DNA from: Phoronis australis | Lineage: Eukaryota; Animalia; Phoronida | Assembly (NCBI GenBank): GCA_002633005.1 | Contig: NMRA01000294.1 | Location: forward strand, 178,948 to 242,947 | Direction: 5' to 3' | Length of the DNA stretch: 64,000 nt | Shown here: one piece after another, positions 12,350-24,554 of the stretch | Layout: each line of letters begins with the position of its first letter | Numbering within the stretch: position 1 is the stretch's first letter | Notes under the pieces: model-generated | Databases searched by the model: none | What the model was told of the DNA's origin: nothing | What the model saw: the letters and a program-made list of their open reading frames with translations, nothing else | Translations under genes and position numbers: made by a program

Positions 12350-12450
12350 GTGACGGCCATACGCCGGCACAAATCCACTGTATTTGATGGTCATACGCCG
12401 GCACCAATCTATTGTATTTGATGGTCATACGCCGGCACCAGTCCATTGTG
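12350..12450. repeat. ~34-bp tandem repeat, 3 copies
   Basis: gatggtcatacgccggcaccaatctattgtattt-like unit repeated three times. Confidence 0.8.
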
Positions 12451-13625
12451 AGGAAGGTTCGACTTTTGAATCACACCTAATGATCATTTTGGTTTTGAAA
12501 AGCGGGTTTCTCAGTATTTGGGGGGTTTATCGCTTACAGGTGACATCATGGAACCGATTGACTGATTCCATTGAAACTTAACACACCCGTGTATGGCAAT
12601 GTACCAAATTTTGAGCGGATTCGACTACTGCAGCACACCCTAGAGCCAGAGGCATTTGTTTAAAGATAATGGCAGTTACGAGTTTTGAGCAGATTCTGAA
12701 ACGTGTTGGGCCCACTTAAGTCCATTTGCCCCTATCTGTGTGACTGTCACATTTCAGGACTGACAGTCTATGTAAAATAAAGTAGACTCTACCTACCAAT
12801 GTTGGATGCTTAGTGTTGTGTCCCTGTGTGACATTTTTGTGGAATTTGTTAGCAAGCTGTTCTTTTTTAAACTCTGTAGTTGACGTCGATTGAAACAAAG
12901 TGATGCACCAACATTCTTTATCAAATTTAACCTTTGAAGCTACGCATTGTCATCAGTTTATTTGACTCGTGTACGTTGCATGAATCTGATAGGTGTAACT
13001 GCTCATGGAAACACATGTAGTGTACCTTTTGGAGAGCAATGAGGCTGCATATCAACGCTTTTCCTTACCTTTGCAGTTTTTTGCATTGCTGTCTTTACAG
13101 CATTTGAAAGTCACTCTATCTTTGCAATTTAGATATTGTCTACACAGGTTTTAAGTTTCCTTTTTGTAATCACTTCCGCTGTAGTTGACTGACAAGATTA
13201 GGGGTGCTTTGATAGATGGCAGAGCTGATTAATTTTAAAATACAAGATGTAGATGAACTCTCCGTCAAGACTCAAAGTGATTTTAAATGACTTATCCATT
13301 TTACGTAACATGCAGAATGACCAAAACATGTTAGCAGAAACTGAGTATGATCATTGCTATCTTAAAATTATTGTTTGACCAATGTTTTGCAGCGTTATCA
13401 ATGCCTAGGGTCTTGCAACATAGGTTTTCATTTAGGCAAAAACTGTTGGTTGAAATAGTATATTGTAGCCTTTGATGGTATTTTGTGAAAATGGGAATTT
13501 CACTTATTCCCATTTTTACTTTTTACATGTGTCTAGCTTAAATGTCGCATGCACCACTGATGGAAACGCGTAATGTATCCTTAACCCCATGACGTGGATG
13601 CCGGAAATTTACATTTCTGTTGCAG

Positions 13626-13757
13626 GGACTCCGATCGCTTCTGGTAGATGAATATAAGGCCTTGGACATCCTCGGTACATCAAGTTACATGAACGTGTCT
13701 AACTTCCGTCAGATGCCGGGCTTGCCAGTGTATGGTGTAGCTCAACCTTCACGACAG
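13626..13757 (+). CDS. PALD1: Paladin exon (GLRSLLVDEYKALDILGTSSYMNVSNFRQMPGLPVYGVAQPSRQ)
   Basis: ttgcag acceptor, gtatag donor, 132 nt. NFR..P..P.YG.AQP motif of paladin-type phosphatase repeats. Confidence 0.92.
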
Positions 13758-13896
13758 GTATAGTACAGCTTGAGGTTGTGGGTACTACTCTCTTTCTCTC
13801 TATTAGTCAGTTAAACAAAGCAGTCCTGATGTGCTGTGGTCATTCTCTGTAATCGTACAACATCTATACAAGCATCTTTCTTGTAATACTTTAAGA

Positions 13897-14136
13897 GGAG
13901 GCTGTGTGGCCTGGTTGATAAGTGCCCGCTTTCTTTACTCGAGGTCGTGGGTTCAAGTCCCACCAGGTCACACTGCTAAACCCTTGAGCCAGGTTTCTAG
14001 CTCCTCAGCTCGGTTTTAACCATATATTAATAAAGCATAAAAATATTTCCAGGTGATCAGTGCAATTGGGCCCACATGCGAGGCCTGCGCACGTCTGATA
14101 CAACGTGTATCAGGCCGCCTGCAATTATTATTTTAT
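13897..14136 (+). mobile_element. tRNA-derived SINE, copy 1
   Basis: Pol III A-box-like tggcctggttga and B-box ggttcaagtcc, (tta)-rich tail. 13-bp TSD taatactttaaga at 13884-13896 and 14137-14149. Second copy at 48490-48729. Confidence 0.88.
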
Positions 14137-14164
14137 TAATACTTTAAGACATATATGTTAAACT

Positions 14165-14350
14165 ACACGTGTTTTATATGGGAGTACTATTAGCCCAGAT
14201 TGATGCACCGTGTGAGTAATTTCACTCGGTCTTCGGCCTCGTTGGGACATTACCAGATAAAATGAATTCTCGATAGGATACGCTAGAAGTATTCCTATGT
14301 ATATGGGATAATCTATATATACATGTATAATGGTGTTCGACATAATCACG
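14165..14350. mobile_element. Short palindromic repeat fragment (possibly Crypton-like); related copy at ~18941-19110
   Basis: Both copies share gacattNccagatNaaatgaattcNNgataggata...gaagtattcctatg...gggataa. The Crypton label is an inference from the cactcggtcttcggcctcg motif. Confidence 0.4.
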
Positions 14351-14358
14351 GAATTTAA

Positions 14359-15160
14359 AGGAGAATGCCACCCGATTTAATTAGTCTGTTTTACTATCTT
14401 AATCGATCTATATCCACATCGCCTAATATACGGTCGACCTTACCTTGCCGAGAGGTGTCGCATTAACCTGTGAGGAAGGTGAGAAACAACACAGCGACGT
14501 CAGTGGTTCTTTGCAGAGTGAATGCTGCTATGTTGCGGTACACTGTTCTCGCTTGTCCGAACTATGCAGCTGCGATGAAAGCGGGTACTTTCTCGAAAAT
14601 CCAAAATGCTTAGGAAGTGGCTCGCGGTAGTGAAGAATGAAAAGTACGCTTTTAATAGCAAGTATGAGGCCGTGAAACATCTCCGTGTCTGTAGCCGGCA
14701 GTCGTGGATAGTGAGTCTGACGAATGCCGGCTTACCAAAGAACTATTCATACATTCCGTTGTCTGTGCATGTTCACGGCGCCTCTCTAGTATTTCTTGAT
14801 TATTCTAATCTGGTTCGAACTGATAGCCTGTGAAACTTAACGATCCACTTGCAAAGTCTTCGTCGGACAAACTCTCGTCTAGAAGTCGGGATTCTGTTGA
14901 CCTGCGTTATGTTTCAAAATAAAATATTCTCGCCTTAACCAATGCTTTTATAAAACTAAAACAAAGTCTGTCTCATTTCATACAATTTGTAATGCCTTTG
15001 GAGTATTCGTGAGTGCAAATGTTTTGAGAAGCCCGCAATGAATAAACCGCTGCGTTACCGGCTTCAGATGCAATAAATGTAACTGACCGGGCACCGAGGC
15101 CGTGTGAGAGCATGCTAATTTAGCGTTTGCTGACAGAAACTGTTGTGTAACAATAACTCA
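14359..15160 (+). mobile_element. Non-autonomous Kolobok-type element family A, truncated copy
   Basis: TTAA|AGGAGAATGCCACCCGAT start, colinear with 29003-30704 and 62262-63660 up to about gctgacagaaa. Confidence 0.75.
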
Positions 15161-16364
15161 ATTTTCTATCCCATGGCCAGGTGTAAGGGGACATCGCTCT
15201 TGTTCCATTTATGGTAATACTAGCCCGTGGTCATATGTTGCAACGATGATGTGCGAAACTGTAATAAGCGAGCTTTTAGCTTAGCTCTCCCCCTTCTCGG
15301 TGATTGCCAATCGAGTTCCCTCCATGTGTTTTCTTAGTTTCTGAGGTTTCAGTTAGCTTATTTAAAAATGATTGCCAAAAATATCTAACTAAGTAAGCAT
15401 TTTTATGCCAAATAGTCGCATTTTTTTCATTTTGAAGAAAATTTGGTAATTTCGAATTTCCCACCAAATGATGCAATGGGTCACTTGACAACCAATGGCA
15501 GTGGCGGACCACATTACACAGTTTCTTAGCTACAGCTATACTAAAGGCTATTAAATAATCAATAAAATTCTTTTGGAGATACAAAGTCATGGTGGGAACT
15601 CCTTAATCCCCATTTTCCAAAAGTTGAACTTACATGTACAAACGCGACTCACTTAGTGCACACGCTTGTCTTCAGTAGGATAATCTTGATACTCTGATGC
15701 GTGTCAAACAAGCTTTTAGCCGTAGGTAGAACATGATTTTGAAAAATAATTAAAAAGGATGTCAAAGTCATGAAATCAATTAAAGTTATCTCAAACCTTG
15801 ATGACCATTACTCTAACTCATACATCAAATTACCAGGCGGTCAATTAGTAAAAGATCAGAGATTATACAAATATGTTTAAATATTGATGTACCATTATTA
15901 TTATTTTCATTATTCCGTGAACACCTGTTTAATTCAATACTTTTTTAAGAAAATAAAATAATCCCGCGGTAGTTTTTATGACATCCATTTCAAATCAAAA
16001 TTTCTGTTTGGAATATTCGGTTACTCTATTTAGTTTTGTTTCTGTGCCAAATTAATTCAAGAAAAGTGAAATATTTTTTGTAAAAACATACGGTACGTAA
16101 AAACTTGGGGTCTAGAAGAAAATTTTGAGATTTCCGAATAGATATTAAAATTGGAAAGCTTCAATGAAATTGAACCAGCCGTTTTCGAGAACTTGTGTTC
16201 ATAAGTTTAGTTAATTAGTCGATTTGCCAGAGTGGAGTAATTGCGGAAAACATGTCGAATTTTCAAAATCTGAAGATTATCGCTTAGTAATTCGGTGAAA
16301 ACTTGTTTTTGGTCAAAATAACCTATACATGCCTTAACCATCTTTGCTATTTCAACATTCCCTG

Positions 16365-16613
16365 CATGCGCGCTCCAAGCCTAAAAGTGGGCGACTCGAA
16401 TTTTTGAGACTATGGCCTTTTACTGAGATTCACGGGGTACGTTCAGTGCTATGAATTAGGCATTCGCCAAATTTTGTAGTTCCTGCCTTTTTCGTGGACT
16501 TCTTTCTCGTTTTCTCCCTTTTTCGGGGTTTTTGTTTCTCTGAGGCGTACTTTTAGCCCACTTCGCCAAATGGGAGGTTCGTTCGAGCCCCCAACCCCCC
16601 AGGTGCGCGCATG
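16365..16613. mobile_element. Short MITE (catgcgcgc...gcgcgcatg TIR family)
   Basis: Terminal inverted catgcgcgc / gcgcgcatg, with internal similarity to 29044-29224 and 9041-9257. Confidence 0.65.
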
Positions 16614-16904
16614 CCCTGGCAATGTCAACTGAATTTGCGTTGCGGAACGTTTTCATTTTGTGACTTTTTCGAATCTGGATAACAGTTGACCTAATTTAAA
16701 AGTTAGTCAACAGAAGGTGCGATGTTTAACAGAGTCACCTGAAAGAATCAACTCGGTCACAGTCCATGATCTTAAACAAGGGAAAATGTAAAATTTTTCA
16801 TGATCTAGCTTTTAATTGAACTTGATATACTTCCATAGGAAAAGGATCAGCTATTTGTTGTTTTTACTTACACGGCAATTATAAACATTTGCTAATTTGT
16901 TTAA

Positions 16905-18483
16905 AGAGGCCTGGAAAGCGATATACGAAATAAGTTGCAATATTGAAAGTGTGTCTCGGCCACTGAAACAGAAATCAACCTGCTCACCTGGGTTTGTTAA
17001 TTTTTGTTCCTATCAAAGCATGTTCTTTTAGTTTCAAAAAAATGACCGCTTAACAGCTCGCTATTTCGTTGGTTTTTTCTCCCACAAGGCAAAACACGTC
17101 CACGTCTCCTTATTATGCGCTCACATATTTACAGTCATGTATATGTGGGTGCATATTGCCGTCATCTCTGTCTGAGCGCCAGGGCGTCCGGCGTCCGAGG
17201 CTGTATCTCCTCAACCCCTTGCAGGATCGTATTGAAATTTGGCAGGTGTATTCCTATGGGGTTGACAACATAGGGCGACGAGTTTCGGACCGACCCAAAT
17301 AACGCTGTGCCCCCTAGTGGCAATTTTAGTTTTTTGCGTTAGTCTCTGTATCTTCAAGGGTCCTCAATCGATTTTCACAAGACTTGACGCTATCCTTCCG
17401 GTTTGATACATTTTGCGCCATCTAGTGGCCATTTTTACTATTGTGTATTCATATGAATTCAACAACTAAAGATGACGACTTTCAAACGAATCCAATGAAC
17501 ACTGTGCCCCCAAGTGGCAATTTCATTTTTTCCGCTTTCCTCTGTTTCTTTGAAGTTCTTGGACGAATTTTCATGAAGTTGGGTAAATGGTTGTCTTTTA
17601 AAGAAACGGTAACATTTTCCGGTTTTCAGACGGATTCAACGTTTTTCGTGCCACCTAGTGGCCATTTTAATGTTTCCTTGTCCGTTTTTAGCGTCCGCTC
17701 TCTGTCAACCAAACCGCTCGTAGGATAATTGTGAAAATTGGCTTGTATGTTTTTAGTGTGCAGAGGATGGTTGACGATGATTTTCCGACTTCAATGTCTG
17801 TGGCGCCTTCTAGTGACAGTTTTGTTTTTCCCCTTAGCTCTATCTGATAAGTCCTCTGCAAGATCTTTATTAAATTTATATGAAGTTAACTGCAGAGGAC
17901 GACAGCTTTCATACGGATCCGACGAACGCTGTGCCCCATAGTGGCAATTTCATTTTTTCCGTTTTCCTCTTGTTTCTCTCAAGTTCCTGGACGGACTTTC
18001 ATGTAATGTGGTAAATAGGTTTCTGCTAAAAAACTGTGTCAGTTTTCTGTTTTTGATGGATTTGAAGTATTCTGCACCATCCAGTGGCCATTTTTATAAT
18101 CAAAATGAACATCCGAGACGCACACCGCTTGGAGTGCATTCGTGGGCGCATTTGAATGCTCCGCGTTGCTCTTGTTTGGTATGGCAAGACACAGACGTAG
18201 CACCTTATCCTTATATGGAAAATGTGACCTTTGTCCTCAAGCAATTTCAAGCAACCTATTGTGAGCGCATGCGCGCATTTATCATTAGTGGGAAGGAGAT
18301 TAGCTACTCTGTGGTAACCAGAGTTCTTCCTTCGCACGTATTTCAAAAATCGTGGATTGTGTGATTTTTTCTGGAAATTTACTGACGGCAAATTGAATTA
18401 CTCTGTATTAGACGTTACGAGATGGTGTTTTCTTCATGAATTATTTAAAAGATTTTTGACAAGCTTTCGCGTTCCAAGCCTCT
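16905..18483. mobile_element. Non-autonomous Kolobok-type element family B, carrying a nested HINE
   Basis: TTAA at 16901-16904 and 18484-18487. TIR AGAGGCCTGGAAAGCGA versus reverse complement AGAGGCTTGGAACGCGA. The right part is homologous (inverted) to 51142-51420. Confidence 0.8.
17110..18177 (+). mobile_element. Helentron-associated (HINE/DINE-1-like) element, complete copy 2
   Basis: 5' subTIR atgcgctcacatat (17115-17128) with nearby inverted copy atatgtgggtgcat (17141-17154), gcgtccg microrepeat, 3' subTIR gtgggcgcat (18142-18151), imperfect 3' hairpin and a ttgttt end. This is the canonical DINE-1/HINE layout. Confidence 0.78.
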
Positions 18484-18709
18484 TTAACGTATTACTTAGC
18501 CAAGGCACTAAATAGGCATACAGAAACTACCTCATGGACCGCGTACGTACACCCTGTACATGTATAACTTAGGGGCCTCCACAAACTCTTAATCAACGGA
18601 GTTAGTAGATGAGGAAAAATATGATTTTGTGCCTGCGAAAGATGAGATGAAAGTTCATGGAAATGTATGAAACGTGGAAAATTTTATACGACAGTGATTT
18701 ACTTTCCAG

Positions 18710-18889
18710 GGCTTGCTTAGCATGACTAAGGAGCTAAGAGGTGACAAATTTGGTCATAATAAGGTCATCTTGGTCAATCTACGTGACGACATCTCCATCG
18801 AGGGGAATGGCTTTATGCTGAGAGTGCGTGAAACAGACCAGCTTAATGTGCCCATTATCATTCCTGGAATTTGCAGTCAAAAAGTTGAG
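18710..18889 (+). CDS. PALD1: Paladin exon (GLLSMTKELRGDKFGHNKVILVNLRDDISIEGNGFMLRVRETDQLNVPIIIPGICSQKVE)
   Basis: ttccag acceptor, gtaacc donor, 180 nt. V..VNLR..., G....R motif of paladin repeats. Confidence 0.9.
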
Positions 18890-19629
18890 GTAACCCAACA
18901 CGCATTGCAGCTATATAGTTTGATTGTGAGTTGATGAATAAATATAGGTTATCCCACACACATACATGTAGGAGTACTAGGCCTACTGCCATATCCTATC
19001 GACATTTCCAGATGAAATGAATTCGAGATAGGATATCACAGAAGTATTCCTATGATTGTGGGATAACATATTTATCCCATATATACATGTATGGTCTTAT
19101 TTGCATCATCGCCGCAAAAATATGTTGCCGTGTGCTCCGGCTTGTTGTTATATGACGTCATATTCATGCCAAGTACGGTACCCAAGCCGGTTACGCGACA
19201 AGACATCTGTGAAAGTGTTGAATAACCAGTAAAGAGATATTTTGACTAGAACTTTCAGTTTGTGAAATATACAAGTTGAATCAGTGAACCGTTCAATAAT
19301 TTCAAGTTTGTCGAAAACTTATCCGGGAATATAAAAGTTGAAACATTCCATCAACAGTTGTGCATCAGTCACGTGTCGTTTTATGTTTGATGAATGTCTT
19401 AATTTTCTTGTTCTGCTTTCGTGTCTTAGCTTCCGGTCTGTAAATAGTAATAGAAACATTTCCCGTGTTGATCACAGTGGAAACTGTGCTGATTTGCAGA
19501 ACTTGAAGTAAGGTTTGTGTCGCAAAAACCAGATTTTACGCCACAACCGGCAGCGACGGAGAGTTGAACGCTGCATGTAGACGATTGTCTTAGTAAAAAC
19601 ACACACAATATTAGTTCGCAAGTTCCTGT

Positions 19630-20334
19630 TGTCGCAGAATGTGTTACTGTGTTTTTGCATCATTTATACTGCATCCCTTATTTCTTTGTCTTATTTAATT
19701 GGTTAATTCGAGTTCCTCGAGTCTCTATATATATCCCCTTCACTTGTATTACATGCTTTAGTAGTTTTCATCAGTTGATTAGTATTTGTTTCTCTGCATT
19801 GAGAGTTGTTCCTACTTATGTAACGTTTGCAGTCTTCAATATACTCGTAAAGACTCATCTCTTGTTCTGTTCCAACGAACCACTTCGTACACAGTCGAAC
19901 TGCATTTTTCTGTGTACCCCACATTTTGGTGCCGTGGCCCGGATCAAAATGTGGGGTACACGGTAAAAGGCGATACGACTATGTACGAAGTGGTTCGTTG
20001 GAACATATTGAAGACTGCAAACGTTACATGAGTAGGAACAACTGTCAATGCGGAGAAACAACTACTAATCAACTCACGAAACTACTAAAGCTACTGCTAC
20101 TACTCCAAGTATACAAGTGAAAGTGATATATATAGATACTACAGAAACTCGAATTAACCAATCAAATAAGACAAAGAAATAAGGTATGCAGTATTCTGAC
20201 AAACAAACGGTTCTAGAAATAGGAAGTATTGCTCAACTTCTGCATGAGGAGAAAGTGGTAGTAAACAACAGTAAGTGATGTAATACGATGACTAAACTAA
20301 ATGACGCAAAAACACAATAACACATTCTGCGACA
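19630..20334. mobile_element. Fold-back (near-complete palindrome) element, ~700 bp
   Basis: Outer arms tgtcgcagaatgtgttactgtgtttttgcatcattta / taaatgacgcaaaaacacaataacacattctgcgaca. Inner arms gtgtaccccacattttggt / atcaaaatgtggggtacac around a ~12-nt loop near 19936. Confidence 0.85.
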
Positions 20335-20890
20335 CCTCTAAAGACCTTAGCTCCCAGTGTTCATACTAGTATGCATCCATAACGAAACGTTTTCGTTGGA
20401 TTTGAATTAGATTTTTGACTGATTTTGTTGGCTGGGGACGCTATTTAATTTGACATACATGTATTTACGATGACCCAGATTAAAACTTCAGAGTCCCAAA
20501 AATAGCCCAGCCTGATCACCGTGCATCGGAATTTTCCTGCTTTTTCAGGAACAACGCCTTTGATTAATGATTTACTAGGTAAAATCATGTTAACGAGATC
20601 ATTCAAATTTGGTGTTGCACACGCGAATTTACTCCTACAGGAGACTGGCCACCAACTGTGAAATACGGCTTCGTCTACCGTTGGATTGGCTCTACTTTCC
20701 CGTATTTCACAGTTAATAACGTGACGTATACAACATCCATGTTTTCACAAATATGGGATAATGGTTGATATCCTTGATGCTCCATACGACTAGTTAAACT
20801 AAAACCTCCAATCAATGGGGTTGTACAAGGCAAAAGTGGTCCCTCTTTCGAAATCTTGCTATTCGTATATATCGAACGATCTGTTTTCAG

Positions 20891-20941
20891 GATTGGGAGC
20901 GCCTTTATAAAAGACATTTATTGCAAGGAGCAGCTGTTCAG
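20891..20941 (+). CDS. PALD1: Paladin short exon (DWERLYKRHLLQGAAVQ)
   Basis: ctgttttcag acceptor, gtaagc donor, 51 nt. Preserves frame between the neighbouring exons. Confidence 0.8.
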
Positions 20942-22146
20942 GTAAGCCTGACCTCCATCTCCACTCTCATATCAGATATGTGGCTGCATCATTTTTGCTA
21001 GTATTATTACTATTGGTAGTTTTGATAGTATTTGATTTTTGTGGTTGGTTCTAAGTATTTGGTATAATGAGGAATTTTGACTCGTTACAATAAATTCTTT
21101 AACACATACGGACAGGACAAACCTCCGCACAATGTTGATTTCGAGGCCTTAGTTGTCATTAGAGATCTGCGGTCGAACACCCCTCATATTACGTTCTAGA
21201 CCCGCTAGTGAAACATCAGAGACTAAGTTTTTTGAAACATAAAGTTATTTCAATCCGGTTTGTGATGCGTGACGATTTGCACTCGGAATAACGTCATTTG
21301 GTATCAGCACTGTAAGCACTATTTCAAATCCATGAAGTGAAACTCACTTGTGTCAACGTCTATGGTACTACGGTTATCCGAAATATTCTCGTGTTTTGAC
21401 AACGCTGATGGAAATTTCGCGTGGGTCATCTTGATTATAACGTTTTGTCTACAACGAGTTACCGAGCTGGTCCCTTATAGAGCAACATGCCCCTACACGG
21501 TGTTCAAATTAGCCACTTCACTACACACGCTGCACACATGGTGTGGACGGTAATTTGGTTCCATTACAGTTGGTGTAAGGAAGGAACAATTTGAGTGTCA
21601 TGCAAATGTGATTTAATCACAAGAAGTTGTAGAAACAGCTCTTATTAAAGGCTTCACTAACAAATATACAGTAGTATGCCTCGCGGGCATCCAATCACAA
21701 TTTCGAAGGGAGAACCCTCGTAATATCGATATAAATAACATGCCGTTTTTTGTTGTTGCCGCGGACGGGGTTGTTGGGGCGTGTCACTCCAAAAATCTGT
21801 CTTCATGCTTTGGTATGAGTATTGTAGAGACACATTCATCGTACGCCAGAGGCAGCAAGCCAGGATCAAGTGACATCCGTAATATAACACAATTTTTACA
21901 ACTGTGATGAATATGCATACAGTAAAACTATCTAACCGAACTTAAGCCATATGATTTCAAAAATACGGAGAACCAGCTTTATACAGGTAAGTGGTGTAAA
22001 TCAAAAGTTGACTTCTCGAGATAAATGTGGGTTTATAGCGTCAAAACGTTTGTTAACATCACATATTGTGGAATGTGCACCTTTTCAAAACACGAATGCC
22101 TGTGCAAATGTAGCAATCAAGGTCTACTCTTGACGTTTACACACAG

Positions 22147-22293
22147 GTGTTTGTCGACAAAGAAAAGCCTGCCACGTTGAAGACAATAAATGATCCATAT
22201 ACCTTTAAAGATATTGTCAACTCAGTGGAGGATAGCCACCACTTGGTTTACCATCGATTTCCTGTACGGCACGAAGCTGCGTTCGATGAGAAG
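22147..22293 (+). CDS. PALD1: Paladin exon (VFVDKEKPATLKTINDPYTFKDIVNSVEDSHHLVYHRFPVRHEAAFDEK)
   Basis: acacag acceptor, gtacga donor, 147 nt. L.YHR.P motif precedes the DFD of the next exon. Confidence 0.9.
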
Positions 22294-22399
22294 GTACGAA
22301 ACTATTTTCAGTATACAACCTGTACGTCAAGTTAAGTGACAGCGCTTAGGTGTACCAAAAGTGTCCGATCGATCACGAACGTTACGATGGGTTATGTGG

Positions 22400-23520
22400 T
22401 TTCCATTTCGTAGCGGAAAATGTCTACCGAATTTTGATAATGAAGGAGAAATACGTTGCACAGTCCCATTGATTTCTAGTGAAATCCGTTGTCTTAAATT
22501 CTTCATAACCCTTGATGTGGACATGTTCCTTTCGTAGATTGGACGCATGAGCAAATTTTTGGTCGGATCCGACTACCGGTGTCCAATTTTTACGTTTGTC
22601 TCTGTATCTTCGGAGTTTCTTAATGAATTTTCGTGAAAGAGGACGCCACTTTCACGGTTTAGAATGGAGTCGCCGTATTTTGACACAGGGGTATGTGGCA
22701 ATGAAAATGCGCCAGTTCCAGTCGATTTTCAGGCAGATCGTTCGATCACTGTAGAGCCTCTACTGGCCACTGTGTTCTCAGAAAGAGGGTGGTTCGGTAT
22801 TTTTGGAAAGAATAGCGTTTCCGACGGTACGTAGAGATTCAAAACTGATTGACGGATAGCAATCTGCCCTGTCATGAGTGGACGTTCAGATGCATTCGAC
22901 CTCTACAGCACCCTCTATTGGCCGCTTTGTTCACGACAATATGCTTTTCGCTATTTTTAGGAGAGATTGTTTCTTGATGATTTCTAGAGAACCTATTGAT
23001 GAATTGCTACTAAACTTGACATAAGAACATGTGACCGGAACGTGTTAGAGCTCTCCGAACAGATTCGAGCGCTGCTGCACTCTTTAAAGATCATTTTTCT
23101 GAGTGTTTGTCTGTTATCTTTTCAATGTCTCAAAAGCCCTGGCCGATTTTTGATGAAACATGTCACAAGGGTGTTTGATATCACTGAGTCGCTGCATGCC
23201 ACTTTTCAAGATGTCTTTGACGCGGGGTACCAGGGTTGAGCTTCTCAGTATTTTTTGACGATGAGCGCGCGTTTCCGGATGAACTGATTATTAGATTTCA
23301 ATGAAACTTAACACATGGATACATCATGGTGAATTCGACTGCTGCAGCTCAGCCTAATTGCTAAATTGGTATTAACAAGGGTCATTTTAAGTATTTTTGA
23401 GAGGAAGAGCATCTAGACAAAAGATTGACGGAATTCAACGAAACTCCGACACAAACGTGACGGCAATGCATTAAAAATTTTCCTGCAGTTACGCAAATTT
23501 GATCAACAAACCTAGAAACA
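22400..23520 (+). repeat. Older, diverged relatives of the HINE-like repeat
   Basis: Motifs such as ggatccgactaccggtgt, tctctgtatctt and gatttcaatgaaactt, plus degenerate CTCF-like words (gagcctctactggcca ~22753, gcaccctctattggcc ~22907). Boundaries are approximate. Confidence 0.4.
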
Positions 23521-23848
23521 TATTGTTTTTGGTGAACTCTTGTATAGTAAAGGACGGCGGCGTTCTTTAGTCTGAGTGATAAAGTCTAGGCTTAAACCAA
23601 CAGAAACGTGGTACCGGGCACTTCACTGAAAGATTTTAAAACGGCATTCACATTAGCGGTCGATATGAGTAATTTATTGCGCCGGCAACAGTAAATTACT
23701 TACTTGGAAAAATTGTAAGGTATTGCTGGCAACTTTAATACTCCATAATTCGTCCACATCTCATTATTCACCTAGACCTCACGCAAAACCCATCATGTTT
23801 TCTTTGTGAGTGATTTGTGGGTCACTTTTCGTTTGATTTTTGGTACAG

Positions 23849-23998
23849 GATTTTGATGCTTTTGTGACAGTGTTGAGGGGTGTTGAAGAGACAAAAGAAG
23901 GCGATGCTAGTTCAGCACTAGTATTCACTTGCAGATCTGGCAAGAGTAGGACGACAACTGCTATGGCCATAGCCGGTCTGGTCTGTTGTCACAGGAAG
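23849..23998 (+). CDS. PALD1: Paladin exon with CX5R phosphatase loop (DFDAFVTVLRG...LVFTCRSGKSRTTTAMAIAGLVCCHRK)
   Basis: ggtacag acceptor, gtaagt donor, 150 nt. F.C..G..RTTTAM signature. Confidence 0.95.
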
Positions 23999-24554
23999 GT
24001 AAGTCACAGATCAACATGCTTTTGTAGGTAAGTGTAGGTAATTAGAAGGATAATGAAAGGGTATGCCAGTCGGTTAAGTCATGCACTGCAGTAGCCGTGC
24101 AGATTTGGTGAGTGGTTTATTGTTCATTAAGGTACTAATTATGGTACGTACCATCGACAACGTAGAGCAGTGTGCAAGCTAGGGGCCGCCGCCGCCCTCA
24201 CACTTACGCTAGAGGACTCACCTTGTACAACTCGATTAACAACCGCCGGAGGGGAAGAGGTTGACCAAAACTGTTTTGGTGACTCCGGAATTTTGTCGCC
24301 TCGACGTGGCAACTAGAGTTTCCCTGTGATCCAAAGAACCTTACTCTGGCACTGGACGTGGGGGATATATATGTATACGATGTACTATGCCGAATTAATA
24401 TACTACAACACAGTTTTAGCTCATTTATCTAGTAAATAGAACACGTTGACCTTCCGCTTCACTGAGTTCAGTGTTGTGGCCAGTGGTCATCGTCACCAAT
24501 TAAACGTTCCGCTTTAGGACACAGCAGTATAGCACAACTCTGCCTCATTTACAG

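Noticed and set aside
13897-13975. Possible tRNA gene
   Set aside because: No complete cloverleaf. It continues into a shared body and tail with TSDs, so it is a SINE head.
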